64,000 nt of DNA. Source: an uncultured Chloroflexia bacterium. Its GTDB lineage: Bacteria > Chloroflexota > Anaerolineae > JAAYZQ01. The DNA is taken from assembly GCA_963783445.1 (NCBI GenBank), contig CAWANP010000012.1, positions 466,249 through 530,248 of the forward strand, in the 5' to 3' direction. The notes under the pieces are model-generated. The model saw only the letters and a program-made list of their open reading frames with translations, was not told where the DNA came from and did not search any database. Positions 30,893-42,912 of this stretch are shown piece by piece; positions within the stretch are counted from its first letter, which is position 1, and each line of letters opens with the position of its first letter. The position numbers were made by a program, and so were the translations under genes.

Positions 30893-31894
30893 CTAATCTG
30901 CGAGACCCCGGTTGTCCCAGTCGGCGAAAAGATCAGTTCGGATGTCCTGCGGAATGAGGACCGACAGGGCACGGGGTACTACTTCACATTCAAAGGGGGT
31001 CGTGCCAAAGGGTTCGCCGTCCACGTGAATGGCCATGGGCTTGTCAGTCTCAACCCGGATCCTGCGGCCCAGGTGCAGGCTATGGCGGGGGTCGCGGACG
31101 TGTAATCCCGTGATCACACCCAACGCGGTCCGTATCACAGAAACAAAGCCTGAGCCCGCGAAAATATTCACATCCAGAAGACCGTCATCGAGCCTCGCAT
31201 CTGTGGCGATGCGGACCAGCCCGCCATATAGCTGGGAGTTACTGATGACTATCAATATGGACCTCCGGTTGATGCGTTCGTCGTCGATGGTGATGCGACT
31301 CCGTACGCCAGCCATATTGGCCGCGATGGTTACACCGGCGACGATGTAGCCCAGCGCACCCAATCTCCTCTGGCGGCGCGTGCGGGGTTCCATGGCATAG
31401 GTCACCTCGGCGTCCAGCCCCAGTCCGGCCCATTGCAGGAAAAAGTGTCCGCCATCGCCAACGATGATCTTGCCCAGATCGATGCGCCGGATGGTGCCTG
31501 GCAGCAATGCCTTGACCGAGTCTACGAGGGGCAGCAAGTGGCGCGGCGAACGGGTGGGCAAACCCAGTTCCCTGGCCCAAACATTGCCCGTACCCCCTGG
31601 CAGAACGCCCAGGGCAACTCCCCCTTCAGCCAGTCCGTTGATAACCTCGTTGATGGTGCCATCGCCGCCAACCACGAACACGGCATCGAGGCCCTCGTCC
31701 CGGGCCTGCCAAGCAAGTTCGGTTGCTTCTCCAGCCCGACTGGTCAGATGCAAGCTGGTCTGCCAGTCATGGGCTTCCAGGTGGCTCAGGACAGCCGGCA
31801 ACTCGCGCTGTATGTTCCAGGCTCCAGATGTAGGGTTTACGATCAGTTTGGATCGCATACCAGTCCCCATCCGCTTCGCTGTGGGAGAAACCAC
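30893..31894 (-). CDS. diacylglycerol-kinase-catalytic-domain lipid kinase (YegS/BmrU family); true start possibly 31858
   Basis: …FVVGGDGTINEV… GGDG motif, NPTSG N-terminus. Confidence 0.7.
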   Translation of the reverse strand: MVSPTAKRMGTGMRSKLIVNPTSGAWNIQRELPAVLSHLEAHDWQTSLHLTSRAGEATELAWQARDEGLDAVFVVGGDGTINEVINGLAEGGVALGVLPGGTGNVWARELGLPTRSPRHLLPLVDSVKALLPGTIRRIDLGKIIVGDGGHFFLQWAGLGLDAEVTYAMEPRTRRQRRLGALGYIVAGVTIAANMAGVRSRITIDDERINRRSILIVISNSQLYGGLVRIATDARLDDGLLDVNIFAGSGFVSVIRTALGVITGLHVRDPRHSLHLGRRIRVETDKPMAIHVDGEPFGTTPFECEVVPRALSVLIPQDIRTDLFADWDNRGLAD

Positions 31895-32135
31895 TGAGAC
31901 GCCCTCGTTCCCCGAGACATGGCGCCATTATACCAAAGCTTTGTACCCTGCACCAATCGACAGCAGTCTGCTACCGCCTTGTCCAAAGAAGCGACTTGGT
32001 GTACAATAGATTGTTGTGATTGACCAAAGAAGCATGAATGCGCAGTCATGCGAGGTTCCGGGTTTCGGAGTCTAGCTTACGGCTTTCAAGGCAGGCTGTG
32101 CTACACTGCGAGGGCGGTTATTTGGGAGGCTTGAA

Positions 32136-33941
32136 GTGAATATAAACTGGAGAGGGGCGCTCGTCTATGTGCTTATTCTGGTCGCTGCCGGTGCCCTGAT
32201 ACTTGGGGTTTTCCCCACGAACGAGCGACTCGAGGAAATCTCACTTTCCCTATTGGTGGCTGACATCAACGAGGGGAAGGTAGAGACGGTCACTGTCAAG
32301 AATGATGGCCTGGAGGTGATCTACAAAGATGAGAGCGCCGTCACATCTCGTAAAGAAGACGATGTAGACCTGACTACTACGCTTGTGTCGATGGGGGTGG
32401 ATTCTGCTGCGCTCGATCAGGTGGATATTGAGGTCGAGACGCCCAATCCCTTGGGGGAATGGGTAGCCATCCTGGGCAGTTTTCTCCCCTTTATTTTCCT
32501 GGCCGTGATTTTCTTCTTTCTCATGCGTCAGGCGCAGGGCAGCAACAATCAGGCGATGTCCTTTGGCAAGAGCAAGGCGCGGATGTTCACCGGTCAGAAA
32601 CCGACTGTCACTTTTGATGATGTAGCAGGGGTCGACGAAGCCAAGCAAGAGCTGGTCGAGATTGTAGAATTCCTCAAAGAACCACAAAAGTTCATTGCCC
32701 TGGGGGCCCGTATCCCCAAGGGTGTTGTGCTGGTGGGTCCGCCCGGTACGGGAAAAACGCTCCTGGCCAAAGCAGTGTCTGGCGAGGCAGGTGTCCCGTT
32801 CTTTTCAATCTCTGGCTCCGAATTTGTCGAGATGTTTGTGGGTGTGGGCGCCGCTCGGGTCCGCGATCTTTTTGACCAGGCCAAGCGCAACTCGCCATGC
32901 ATCATTTTTGTAGACGAGATTGATGCGGTGGGCCGCCATCGAGGTGCAGGACTGGGGGGTTCGCACGACGAACGAGAGCAAACTCTCAACCAGATCCTGG
33001 TCGAAATGGATGGCTTTGGCACGGATACCAACATTATTGTGGTTGCCGCTACCAACCGTCCCGACATCCTGGATCCGGCGCTGCTGCGCCCCGGGCGTTT
33101 TGACCGCCGTGTGGTCCTCGATCGACCCGACATTGAGGGCCGCAAGGGCATTCTCGAGGTTCATGTACGGGGCAAGCCTCTGGCCCGGGACGTGGATCTG
33201 GATGTTCTGGCCCGCCAGACGCCTGGTTTCGTGGGAGCTGACATTGAGAACATGGTCAACGAGGCTGCCATCTTGGCTGCCCGTGCAGACAAGAAAGCCA
33301 TCGGCATGGAGGAACTGGAAGAGGCCGTGGTGCGCGTTGTGGCCGGACCGGAGCGACGGAGCCGGATCATATCTGACGACGAGAAAGAGATCTTGGCCTA
33401 CCACGAGGCTGGGCACGCCCTGGTCCAGAACAAGCTGCCCAACTGTGATCCAATCCACAAAGTTTCCATTGTAGCCCGAGGGATGAACCTGGGTTACACG
33501 ATGGCCTTGCCTGAGCAGGACCGCTATCTCTATACACAAGACAAGTTTGAGGATGAAATTGCTGGCATGCTGGCTGGACGCGTGGCGGAAGACCTTGTTT
33601 ACAGCGATAAATGGACAGGGGCTCAGGATGACCTGGAAAAAGCGACGAAAATGGCGCGCAGGATGGTCACGGCCTATGGCATGAGCGAAAAGCTGGGGCC
33701 CTTGACCTTTGGTGACCGCGACGAGTTGGTCTTTCTGGGACGAGAGATCTCAGAGCAGCGCAACTATAGCGAAGAGGTAGCCGAAGAGATTGATTCAGAG
33801 ATCCGCCGGATCCTCGAAAACGCATATAGCATAGCGCGGGATGTACTGGTGGCCTATCGCCAGAAACTGGATGACATCGCTCAGCGACTGATAGAGGTCG
33901 AGACGATAGACCGCGAAGAGTTCGAGATGCTGGTGGCCTAG
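32136..33941 (+). CDS. ftsH: ATP-dependent zinc metalloprotease FtsH
   Basis: Walker [12 protein letters not shown] region, HEAGHA zinc motif; N-terminal TM. Confidence 0.95.
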   Translation: MNINWRGALVYVLILVAAGALILGVFPTNERLEEISLSLLVADINEGKVETVTVKNDGLEVIYKDESAVTSRKEDDVDLTTTLVSMGVDSAALDQVDIEVETPNPLGEWVAILGSFLPFIFLAVIFFFLMRQAQGSNNQAMSFGKSKARMFTGQKPTVTFDDVAGVDEAKQELVEIVEFLKEPQKFIALGARIPKGVVLVGPPGTGKTLLAKAVSGEAGVPFFSISGSEFVEMFVGVGAARVRDLFDQAKRNSPCIIFVDEIDAVGRHRGAGLGGSHDEREQTLNQILVEMDGFGTDTNIIVVAATNRPDILDPALLRPGRFDRRVVLDRPDIEGRKGILEVHVRGKPLARDVDLDVLARQTPGFVGADIENMVNEAAILAARADKKAIGMEELEEAVVRVVAGPERRSRIISDDEKEILAYHEAGHALVQNKLPNCDPIHKVSIVARGMNLGYTMALPEQDRYLYTQDKFEDEIAGMLAGRVAEDLVYSDKWTGAQDDLEKATKMARRMVTAYGMSEKLGPLTFGDRDELVFLGREISEQRNYSEEVAEEIDSEIRRILENAYSIARDVLVAYRQKLDDIAQRLIEVETIDREEFEMLVA

Positions 33942-34119
33942 CTCCGGCGCCAGCTTGGCCTACGAACGGCCACTGGCCGGACAGTCGTCAAGACGACTAC
34001 CCGACGTTCTTCTTTCAACATCCATGCAAGCCCCTTCTCTCTAAGGGAAGGGGCTTTTGGATACCCCGATCCTGTTCGAGAGTAGACACGGGACAACGTT
34101 GGGGATAAAGATGATAAGA

Positions 34120-34148
34120 ATTGACAATTTTTGGCTCTTGTGCTATAA
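34120..34148 (+). promoter_or_regulatory. consensus sigma70 promoter TTGACA-17-TATAAT
   Basis: ttgacaatttttggctcttgtgctataat upstream of regulator gene. Confidence 0.6.
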
Positions 34149-34231
34149 TCGATTAGCAAAAGACTGGGGGACGATTGTCCCGCCAACACAAGTTATTCGG
34201 GTAATCTGTCGCAGTAGAAAGGAAAGATTAG

Positions 34232-34855
34232 ATGCAAAGTACTCGCCAGGAGATCCTAGAGATCTTGAAGGAAGAGAGGGAAGCGACTGTTGAGGACTTG
34301 GCCTCGCGCCTGGAACTTACGCCGATGACCATTCGCCACCATCTGAATGTTCTTCAGGCCCAGAATCTCGTTATGGCCACCACAGTGCGCCGTTCACAGA
34401 AGGTGGGCCGGCCCCGCTTGGTCTATACCCTGACTGATGCTGCGGATGAACTCTTTCCGCATGGCTATGGTGAACTGGCACGACATCTGGTCACTGAAAT
34501 CAAAGAGACGATGGGGACAGAGGAGACAGAGGCTATCTTCCGTCGTATTGGTGAGCGCATCGCGGCCGAGGCGCCAGCGCCCTACGAAGGCCAAGACTTT
34601 GAGGATCGGCTGGATCAAGCTGCCAGCTTTTTGGAAGAGCTAGGCTTTCTCTTCCGTTGGGAAAAGACCGATGAGGGCTATCTTCTCACCAATATCAACT
34701 GCCCCTATCGCCACGTAACTCGGGAGCATCCCGAAGTCTGCGTCATGGATACTGTGCTACTTGGTAGGTTGCTGCAAGTTGAGCCTCAGCGCCTGGACAG
34801 CCTGCGGACAGGTGCTCCTTCGTGTACTTGCCTCCTGGTACCGGATGACCTCTAG
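34232..34855 (+). CDS. winged-helix (ArsR/DeoR-like) transcriptional regulator with C-terminal Cys cluster (SufR-like)
   Basis: N-terminal HTH (…ILEILKEEREATVEDLASRLELTPMTIRHHLNVL…); C-x12-C-x27-C-x-C in C-terminus. Confidence 0.55.
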   Translation: MQSTRQEILEILKEEREATVEDLASRLELTPMTIRHHLNVLQAQNLVMATTVRRSQKVGRPRLVYTLTDAADELFPHGYGELARHLVTEIKETMGTEETEAIFRRIGERIAAEAPAPYEGQDFEDRLDQAASFLEELGFLFRWEKTDEGYLLTNINCPYRHVTREHPEVCVMDTVLLGRLLQVEPQRLDSLRTGAPSCTCLLVPDDL

Positions 34856-35001
34856 AGAGGCGCTGAACGGCTCTCGGCGCCAAGGGCTGCAGCTAGCCAA
34901 GGTTATCTGGCTAGATTGTGACGAACAACAAGGGCCTGGCCTCGATGAAGGCCAGGCTCTTGTTCGCTGGAACCCAACGGTGCTTGGAGACAGCGCTCGC
35001 G

Positions 35002-35790
35002 CTACGGTCCCACAAACTCTATCTCGGTTACCTGGTTGGCCCCGTCCCCCTCACAGTGTTCTGTGACGATTAGGTTGCCGACGAGATTGGAGATAACCTG
35101 GCAATCGCTAACCGTGGTCCGTCCATCCTGCTGGCTGCAGGTCTCCAGCCTCACAACAGCCGCCCTGAACGTACCTGCGGGCAAGCCGCTCAAGGGCACT
35201 TCGTACTTGCCGCTGGGTTCTGACACCGACACGCTGCCCTGCCAGGCATCCGACCACACGCCAACGGCAACCCCCTCAAATGGCGCCCCATTGGCATGTT
35301 TCACGAGACCGGTCACGCCTGCATAGCCTCCACAGTGCGTATAGCCCCTGACAATCTGGCCGTTGAAGGGTGGGGCTGGCGTGTTGGTTGGCCTTGGCCG
35401 TGGGGTATCCGTTGGCGGTGATGTGGGACGGGCCGTGGACTCCCGGCTGGGAGCTGGCGTGCTGCTAGCTGTGGCCGTGTTGGTAGGCAGCGGTGTCGCG
35501 GTATCGGTTGCTGTGGGTGCTGTGGTCGGCGTGGCGCTTGGCATCTGTGTATTGGTAGGGGTAGGTGTAGCGGTGGGCGTGTTCGTCAGAGTCGGGGTCG
35601 GAGAGGGCGTCAGCGTCTCGGTCGGTGTGGCCGTGGCGGTGAAAGTGGCTTTGGGAGTACGCGTTGGGGTCGGGGAGATGCGGGCCACTCGCAGCGGCGA
35701 ATAGTCGGATAGCAGCAGAGCGACGATTGCCCAGCCCGCGACGATAATAGCCAAGATGACTACACGTGCCCTCATATCACCCCCGCGCAT
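35002..35790 (-). CDS. membrane-anchored protein with Pro/Thr-rich linker and Cys-containing C-terminal domain
   Basis: N-terminal TM ([18 protein letters not shown]), ~110-aa PT-repeat linker, ~120-aa C-terminal domain with 5 Cys. Confidence 0.6.
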   Translation of the reverse strand: MRGGDMRARVVILAIIVAGWAIVALLLSDYSPLRVARISPTPTRTPKATFTATATPTETLTPSPTPTLTNTPTATPTPTNTQMPSATPTTAPTATDTATPLPTNTATASSTPAPSRESTARPTSPPTDTPRPRPTNTPAPPFNGQIVRGYTHCGGYAGVTGLVKHANGAPFEGVAVGVWSDAWQGSVSVSEPSGKYEVPLSGLPAGTFRAAVVRLETCSQQDGRTTVSDCQVISNLVGNLIVTEHCEGDGANQVTEIEFVGP

Positions 35791-35818
35791 CTCCCAGCGC
35801 CTGGCTCCCTGCTAGTGA

Positions 35819-37042
35819 CTATTTGTCCAAGAGTACTGCCACACCGGGCAGCGGTTTGCCTTCCAGGAATTCCAGACTGGCCCCGCCGCCGGTGGAGATG
35901 TGGCTCATCTCGCCAGCCAGACCTGTCCGCTTGACCGCGGCGGCCGAGTCGCCCCCACCGATGATGGTCGTCGCCTCGGGTAGGGCGGCCAGCATTCGGG
36001 CCACCGCCTCAGTCCCCGTAGCAAACTTGGGAAACTCAAAGACACCCATAGGGCCATTCCATACAACGGTCCGCGCATCCATCAAGCGCTCATGGAACAT
36101 CTCCAGGGTACGGGGGCCGATGTCCAGGATGCGCCAGCCTGGGGGTACGTCGTTCACCGTCACCACTTGTGAGAAAGCATTGGCCTCAAAACGATCTGCC
36201 ACCGTCACGTCAACCGGCAGGACGAGCTTGTTGCCAGCTCGTTCGATGAGGTCGCGGGCCGTCTCTAGGCTGCTATCCTCAACCAGCGACTCGGCGACCT
36301 CGTATCCGTCGGCTTTGAGGAAGGTATTCGCCATGCCGCCCCCGATGAGCAGGGCATCAACCTGCCCCAACAGGTTCTCGATGACGCCAATCTTGTCCGA
36401 AATCTTGGCCCCGCCCAGGATGGCGACAAAGGGCTGCTGGGGTGAGGCCAGGGCGCTGCCCAGGAAAGCCAGTTCCTTCTCCATCAAGAGCCCGGCGACG
36501 GCCGGCAGGTACTGGGCAACCCCCTCGGTCGAAGCGTGGGCGCGATGTGCCGAGCCAAATGCGTCGTTGACATACAGGTCGGCCAGGCCCGCCAGTTGTC
36601 GGGCAAAGGCGGGATCATTCTCTTTCTCTTCTGGGTGGAACCGCGTATTCTCCAGCAGGAGAACATCGCCAGGCCCCGCTGCCGCTACGGCCGCTTCCAC
36701 CTCTGGACCCACACAGTCGTCCAGTTTGAGCACGGGGCGGTCCAGCAGCTCTGATAGGCGCCGGGCCACCGGATCCATTCTCAGGTCATCTACCACCTGG
36801 CCCTTGGGCCGGCCCAGGTGTGAGGCAAGGATCAGCGTCGCCTTCCTGTCCAGCAGATACTGGATGGTTGGCAAGGCAGCCTGGATGCGAGTGTCATCGG
36901 CTACCGCTTGGCTTGAGGTTTCAGCCGAGTCCGCCGGATCCAGGCTAGGGCGCGTCTCTCTGGTCAGGGGCACATTGAAATCGACGCGTACCAGGACTCG
37001 CCTATCCTGAACATCGATATCACGAACTGTCTGCTTGTTCAC
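35819..37042 (-). CDS. pgk: phosphoglycerate kinase
   Basis: full-length PGK (…RVDFNVP…, …GGGASLE…). Confidence 0.9.
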   Translation of the reverse strand: MNKQTVRDIDVQDRRVLVRVDFNVPLTRETRPSLDPADSAETSSQAVADDTRIQAALPTIQYLLDRKATLILASHLGRPKGQVVDDLRMDPVARRLSELLDRPVLKLDDCVGPEVEAAVAAAGPGDVLLLENTRFHPEEKENDPAFARQLAGLADLYVNDAFGSAHRAHASTEGVAQYLPAVAGLLMEKELAFLGSALASPQQPFVAILGGAKISDKIGVIENLLGQVDALLIGGGMANTFLKADGYEVAESLVEDSSLETARDLIERAGNKLVLPVDVTVADRFEANAFSQVVTVNDVPPGWRILDIGPRTLEMFHERLMDARTVVWNGPMGVFEFPKFATGTEAVARMLAALPEATTIIGGGDSAAAVKRTGLAGEMSHISTGGGASLEFLEGKPLPGVAVLLDK

Positions 37043-37151
37043 GGATCGTCCTCCGTTTGGGGATACAGGGCCTGAGGGGCCTGACTGTGTCTTCAGACCC
37101 CTCAGGTTTAACGGTACAGGTAGTTCAACCCCAGTTTGGGGTCACCCATGC

Positions 37152-38593
<1,442 letters not shown>

Positions 38594-38606
38594 GGTCCTC
38601 GCCTCC

Positions 38607-39632
38607 TCACCTCCCAGCGCTTGCCCGCCAACTGGCATAAAAATCCATCATTCGGTCGGCAAGTTTCCTTGCGTCATGCCGCCAAGGGGCAGAGCTATCA
38701 ATCAGATCGGCTTCAATCACCCGGTAGTCGCCATTGGCTGGATGGTGCAGCTCCACCGGTTGCAGGTGCGGATACTCCGGGCTTGGCATCAAGTTGTTAT
38801 TTGCCATGACGTAGGGAAACAACCCACGCCTGGTGTGGTCCTGCAGGGCGCTTACATGCTGCCCCACGTCAAGCCCATCGGTCTCTCCCGGTTGGGTGGC
38901 GACGTTACACACATAGACCTTTAGCGCCTTTGACGCCGCGACCGCTCGCCGAATATCCTCGACGAGCAGATTGGGCAGGACGCTTGTAAACAAACTCCCC
39001 GGCCCGGCGATGATGAGGTCGGCGTCAAGGATCGCCTTCACCGCTCCGGGATAGGCCCTTACCCGTTCAGGCCGCAGAAAGACGCGCTCGATTGGCTGTC
39101 CGGCCTTGGGGATTGCCGACTCCCCCCGGACCCGGGTCAGCCCCGATCGCGGAACATCAACCTCTCCGCCAGCGGAAGTGGCAGCAGGGCACCGCAGATC
39201 GGCCACCAGCGTCACGTCCTCCAAGGTAGCGGGCAGGATACGCCCTTGCACGGCCAGAACACGCCCCGTTTCCAAAATCGCTTGCTCAAAACTACCCGTT
39301 ACTGCAGAAAGGGCAGTAATGAACAAGTTTCCAAAGCTGTGGCCGTGCAGGCCGTGGCCCTGTCCGAAGCGATATTGGAAGAGTTGGGTGATTAGTGCCT
39401 CGTCGTCAGCCAGAGCGGCGATGCAATTCCGGAAATCGCCTGGGGGCAGTACCCCCAACTCACGGCGCAAACGGCCTGACGATCCTCCGTCATCGGCCAC
39501 GGTGACGATAGCGGTGATGTGAGGGCTGTGCGCTTTTAGGCCTCGCAGGGACGTTGAAAGACCTGTTCCTCCACCAATGGCCACCACCTTTGGGGCCTGA
39601 CCTGTTGGCTTATTCTTCCCAAGTGTGACCAT
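38607..39632 (-). CDS. YvcK/CofD-family gluconeogenesis-factor-like protein (UPF0052)
   Basis: N-terminal [11 protein letters not shown], CofD-like fold motifs. Confidence 0.75.
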   Translation of the reverse strand: MVTLGKNKPTGQAPKVVAIGGGTGLSTSLRGLKAHSPHITAIVTVADDGGSSGRLRRELGVLPPGDFRNCIAALADDEALITQLFQYRFGQGHGLHGHSFGNLFITALSAVTGSFEQAILETGRVLAVQGRILPATLEDVTLVADLRCPAATSAGGEVDVPRSGLTRVRGESAIPKAGQPIERVFLRPERVRAYPGAVKAILDADLIIAGPGSLFTSVLPNLLVEDIRRAVAASKALKVYVCNVATQPGETDGLDVGQHVSALQDHTRRGLFPYVMANNNLMPSPEYPHLQPVELHHPANGDYRVIEADLIDSSAPWRHDARKLADRMMDFYASWRASAGR

Positions 39633-39852
39633 TCTTCATCCGATCGCTATTATATCCCAATTCCCGGGCTACGTCAATGTTGCGACCAGCTTGGGGGATT
39701 TGTCACAAACGGAGCTGCCTTGTGTGAGACTGGAAAAGTACTCCCCCGCTCCGTACCGCTGTTGGCCCCTTTGCACGAACAGTGATACAATGGGGCCCGC
39801 GGCCGGGAAGCAGGATGATTTTCCTGGTACGCGAACCCTGAGGGAGCTGGCT

Positions 39853-42103
39853 ATGACCGATACGATAGAGATCTTGGCGGGATTGAATCCTGCCCAGCGC
39901 GACGCAGTCCAGGCAGTGGAGGGACCAGTTCTGGTTCTGGCCGGTCCTGGCAGCGGTAAGACCCGGGTACTGACCCACCGCGTGGCTTACCTGGTAACAG
40001 AGTACGGTGTACCCCCTTGGCAGATCATGGCGGTTACTTTTACAAACAAGGCTGCTCGCGAGATGAGAGACCGCCTCTTCCGGTTGCTGGGTGAGGATTC
40101 ACGAAAGTCGACGATTGGAACCTTCCACGCCATCTGCGCTCGCATCCTGCGCCAGGAAGCCGAGGCCATCGGTATCTCATCCCGCTACGTCATCTATGAT
40201 GCTGGCGACCAGGTCAGCCTGGTGCGGAGGGCCATCCGGGATCTGGGTCTCGACGACAAGCTATTCCGCCCCAAGTCTATGCTCCGCATCATCTCCAGTG
40301 CCAAGAACGAACTCATCGCTCCCGCCGAGATGCAGGCCGCCACCTACCGCGAGGAAGTTGCCAAGCGCGTGTACGAGCGCTACCAGGTCCTGCTGGCGGA
40401 GAATGGGGCACTGGACTTTGATGACCTGCTGACAAAGACGGTACAACTGTTCCAGCAAAATGCCGATATTCGAAGCAAATACCAGCACCGGTATCCATTC
40501 ATTCTGGTGGACGAGTGGCAGGATACCAATATGGCCCAGTACGAACTGGTCAAGCTTCTGGCCGGCGAGCGGGCCAACCTCTTTGTCGTGGGCGATGAAG
40601 ATCAGTCGATCTACCGTTTCCGCGGAGCTGACTATCGCAACGTGGCCCGCTTCCGGGAGGACTATCCCCAGTGCCCAAGTAATCCTTCTGGAGCGAAACT
40701 ACCGGTCTACCCAGACCATCCTCGATGTCGCCAATGCCCTCATCGTACGCAATCTGCATCGCCACCCAAAGAGGCTCTACACAGAGCAAGCCGGCGGCCC
40801 GCAACTCTCCATCATCGAGGCCTATGATGAGCAGGAAGAGGGCGACATGGTTGTCAGTGAGATTCTTCGACTGGTGGCGCGGGACCAGGCGCAGTTGGGC
40901 GACTGCGCGGCCATGTACCGCACCAATGCCCAGTCACGGCCCATTGAGGATGCCTTTGTACGCCGAGGGATTCCCTACAAGCTGGTCGGCGCGACACGCT
41001 TCTACCAGCGCCGGGAGATCAAGGACATCATGGCCTATCTGCGCCTTATCCACAATCCCTACGACGGAGTAGGCTTGGCGCGCATCATCAATGTGCCGCC
41101 CCGCGGAATTGGCCAACGCACGATCCAGATGCTCGTCCAGTGGGCAAACGACATGGCCGTGCCGGTCTATGCTGCCTTACAAGTCCTGGCCGAAGCGGAG
41201 GCGGAGGAGAATTCCGCTACAGCGATTCCCTTTGGCGCGCGGGCCAGGAAGGCTCTGTTGAATTTTGTCGAGTTCCTCGAGGAATTGATCCGGTTGCGCA
41301 CCCAGGTAAATCTGCTGGAGCTACTCGATCTGTTGCTGGAGCGGAGTGGCTATGCACGATCCGTCCAGGATGGCAGCGACGAGGGGCAGGCTCGCTGGGA
41401 AAATATCATGGAGTTGCGTACGGTCGCTCGCGACTATGCGGACCTGCCGGTAGAGACCGCGCTCACGACTTTCCTCGAGGAGGTCGCCCTGGTCTCGGAT
41501 GTGGACAACCTGGATGCCGGGGTTGACGCGCCCACGTTGCTGACGATGCATGCCGCCAAGGGACTGGAGTTTCCGGTGGTCTTTATTGTCGGTCTGGAGG
41601 AAGGACTTTTTCCTCACAGCCGGTCGATGGACGATCCGGAACAGATGGAGGAAGAACGACGGCTTGCCTACGTGGGTGTGACTCGGGCCAAGGAACGGCT
41701 CTACCTCCTCCGTACCTTTCGGCGGACGCTGTACGGTGAAAGTGAAATCCGCGAGCCCTCGCGCTTTCTCCGTGACATCCCGGCCAAGCTCATCAAGGGG
41801 CGGGAGAAAGCGCAGACGGCGAAACAGCCAAGCCTCGATATGGGGGCGGGCCGGTTTCTGGGGCGGAAGTCTTTTACGCCCTTTTCATCACGCCGGGAGC
41901 CGAGCCCCACAACCCCGCGTCCGCAGCCAGTGGCCGCCAGCTTTCACACCGGCGACCAGGTCCGGCACGAGGTTTTTGGCCAGGGGGTGGTGATCGAAAG
42001 CAAGGCTGTCGGGGGTGATGAGCAGGTGACGGTTGCCTTTGCTGGGGCCGGGCTCAAACGGCTGATGGCCAGCCTGGCGCCGATGGAAAAGCTGGAGAGC
42101 TAG
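39853..42103 (+). CDS. pcrA: ATP-dependent DNA helicase PcrA/UvrD, one frameshift (~40672, extra T)
   Basis: Walker A GPGSGKT, motifs III/IV; removing one T at cag[t]gcc restores …[18 protein letters not shown]…; C-terminal Tudor-like tail. Confidence 0.85.
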
Positions 42104-42115
42104 AGCCATCGCTTT

Positions 42116-42589
42116 CTACGGCAGCGGGGCAAAGCTCCTTGCCCGGTCGACCAGCCGCCGCCAGACAGGCCCCCCCACCATCGCATCGGCTACGGTCAAG
42201 ATCTGGCGGATGAGGTCCAGAATATCCCCACTCCCCTCCCAGTGCTCGCGTACAATGGAAGGATCCGTTGTCTCCAGCAGGTCATAGAGTACATAGGCTG
42301 CCAGCGCCACGTCATCCACCAGGCCGGCTGGACCGAGAACAAGCTCGGGGACAAGGTCCAGGGGATTGATGAAATAGACTACCGCCCCACCTATCTTTGC
42401 TCTGTTTGTCCGGCTCACACGGTCATCGCGGGAGAGCCGGACCATAAGCATAAAGAGATCAGGACTGGCCAGAATATACTCAGCGTAGCGGTTGGCTCTG
42501 CTCTGATCACCCCCGGCCCATATTCTCACCGTTCGTCGCAGCCTGCGGTAGTATTCGCTTTGCCCTACACCTGCTGTGTCTTTTGCCAT
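42116..42589 (-). CDS. DUF1232 (YkvA-like) membrane protein
   Basis: …VVYFINPLDLVPELVLGPAGLVDDVALAAYVLYDL… signature; GGAGGGA RBS before ATG 42589. Confidence 0.6.
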   Translation of the reverse strand: MAKDTAGVGQSEYYRRLRRTVRIWAGGDQSRANRYAEYILASPDLFMLMVRLSRDDRVSRTNRAKIGGAVVYFINPLDLVPELVLGPAGLVDDVALAAYVLYDLLETTDPSIVREHWEGSGDILDLIRQILTVADAMVGGPVWRRLVDRARSFAPLP

Positions 42590-42912
42590 GATTCCCTCCG
42601 CGCGCTGGCAGCACGACAGGCCCGCCTCCAAGACACGCTTACCACCAATCCCGCTGCAAAGGATTGTACCAGCTAGGTACACAATTGTCAAGCAGCCTCT
42701 AGCCTTGGAGCACGGATGTTTACCCACTGCCTGGCGTACCCTACAGTCGTCTATATCGTTCCTTACGAAAAGGCTTTCACCACCATACGGTTCGTCGGGC
42801 AGGTACAGCTGCTGTTGGCAAAGACCAGCGCTTGCTGAAATGACCCAGATCGGTTACAATCAATCCCAACGCATTGCTGCCTGCCTGTCCCACGGGGAAA
42901 GGAGTTCCGTTG

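Noticed and set aside
35363-35704. 113-aa plus-strand ORF (Gly/Val-rich)
   Set aside because: Mirror image of the Pro/Thr-repeat linker of the minus-strand gene 35002-35790.
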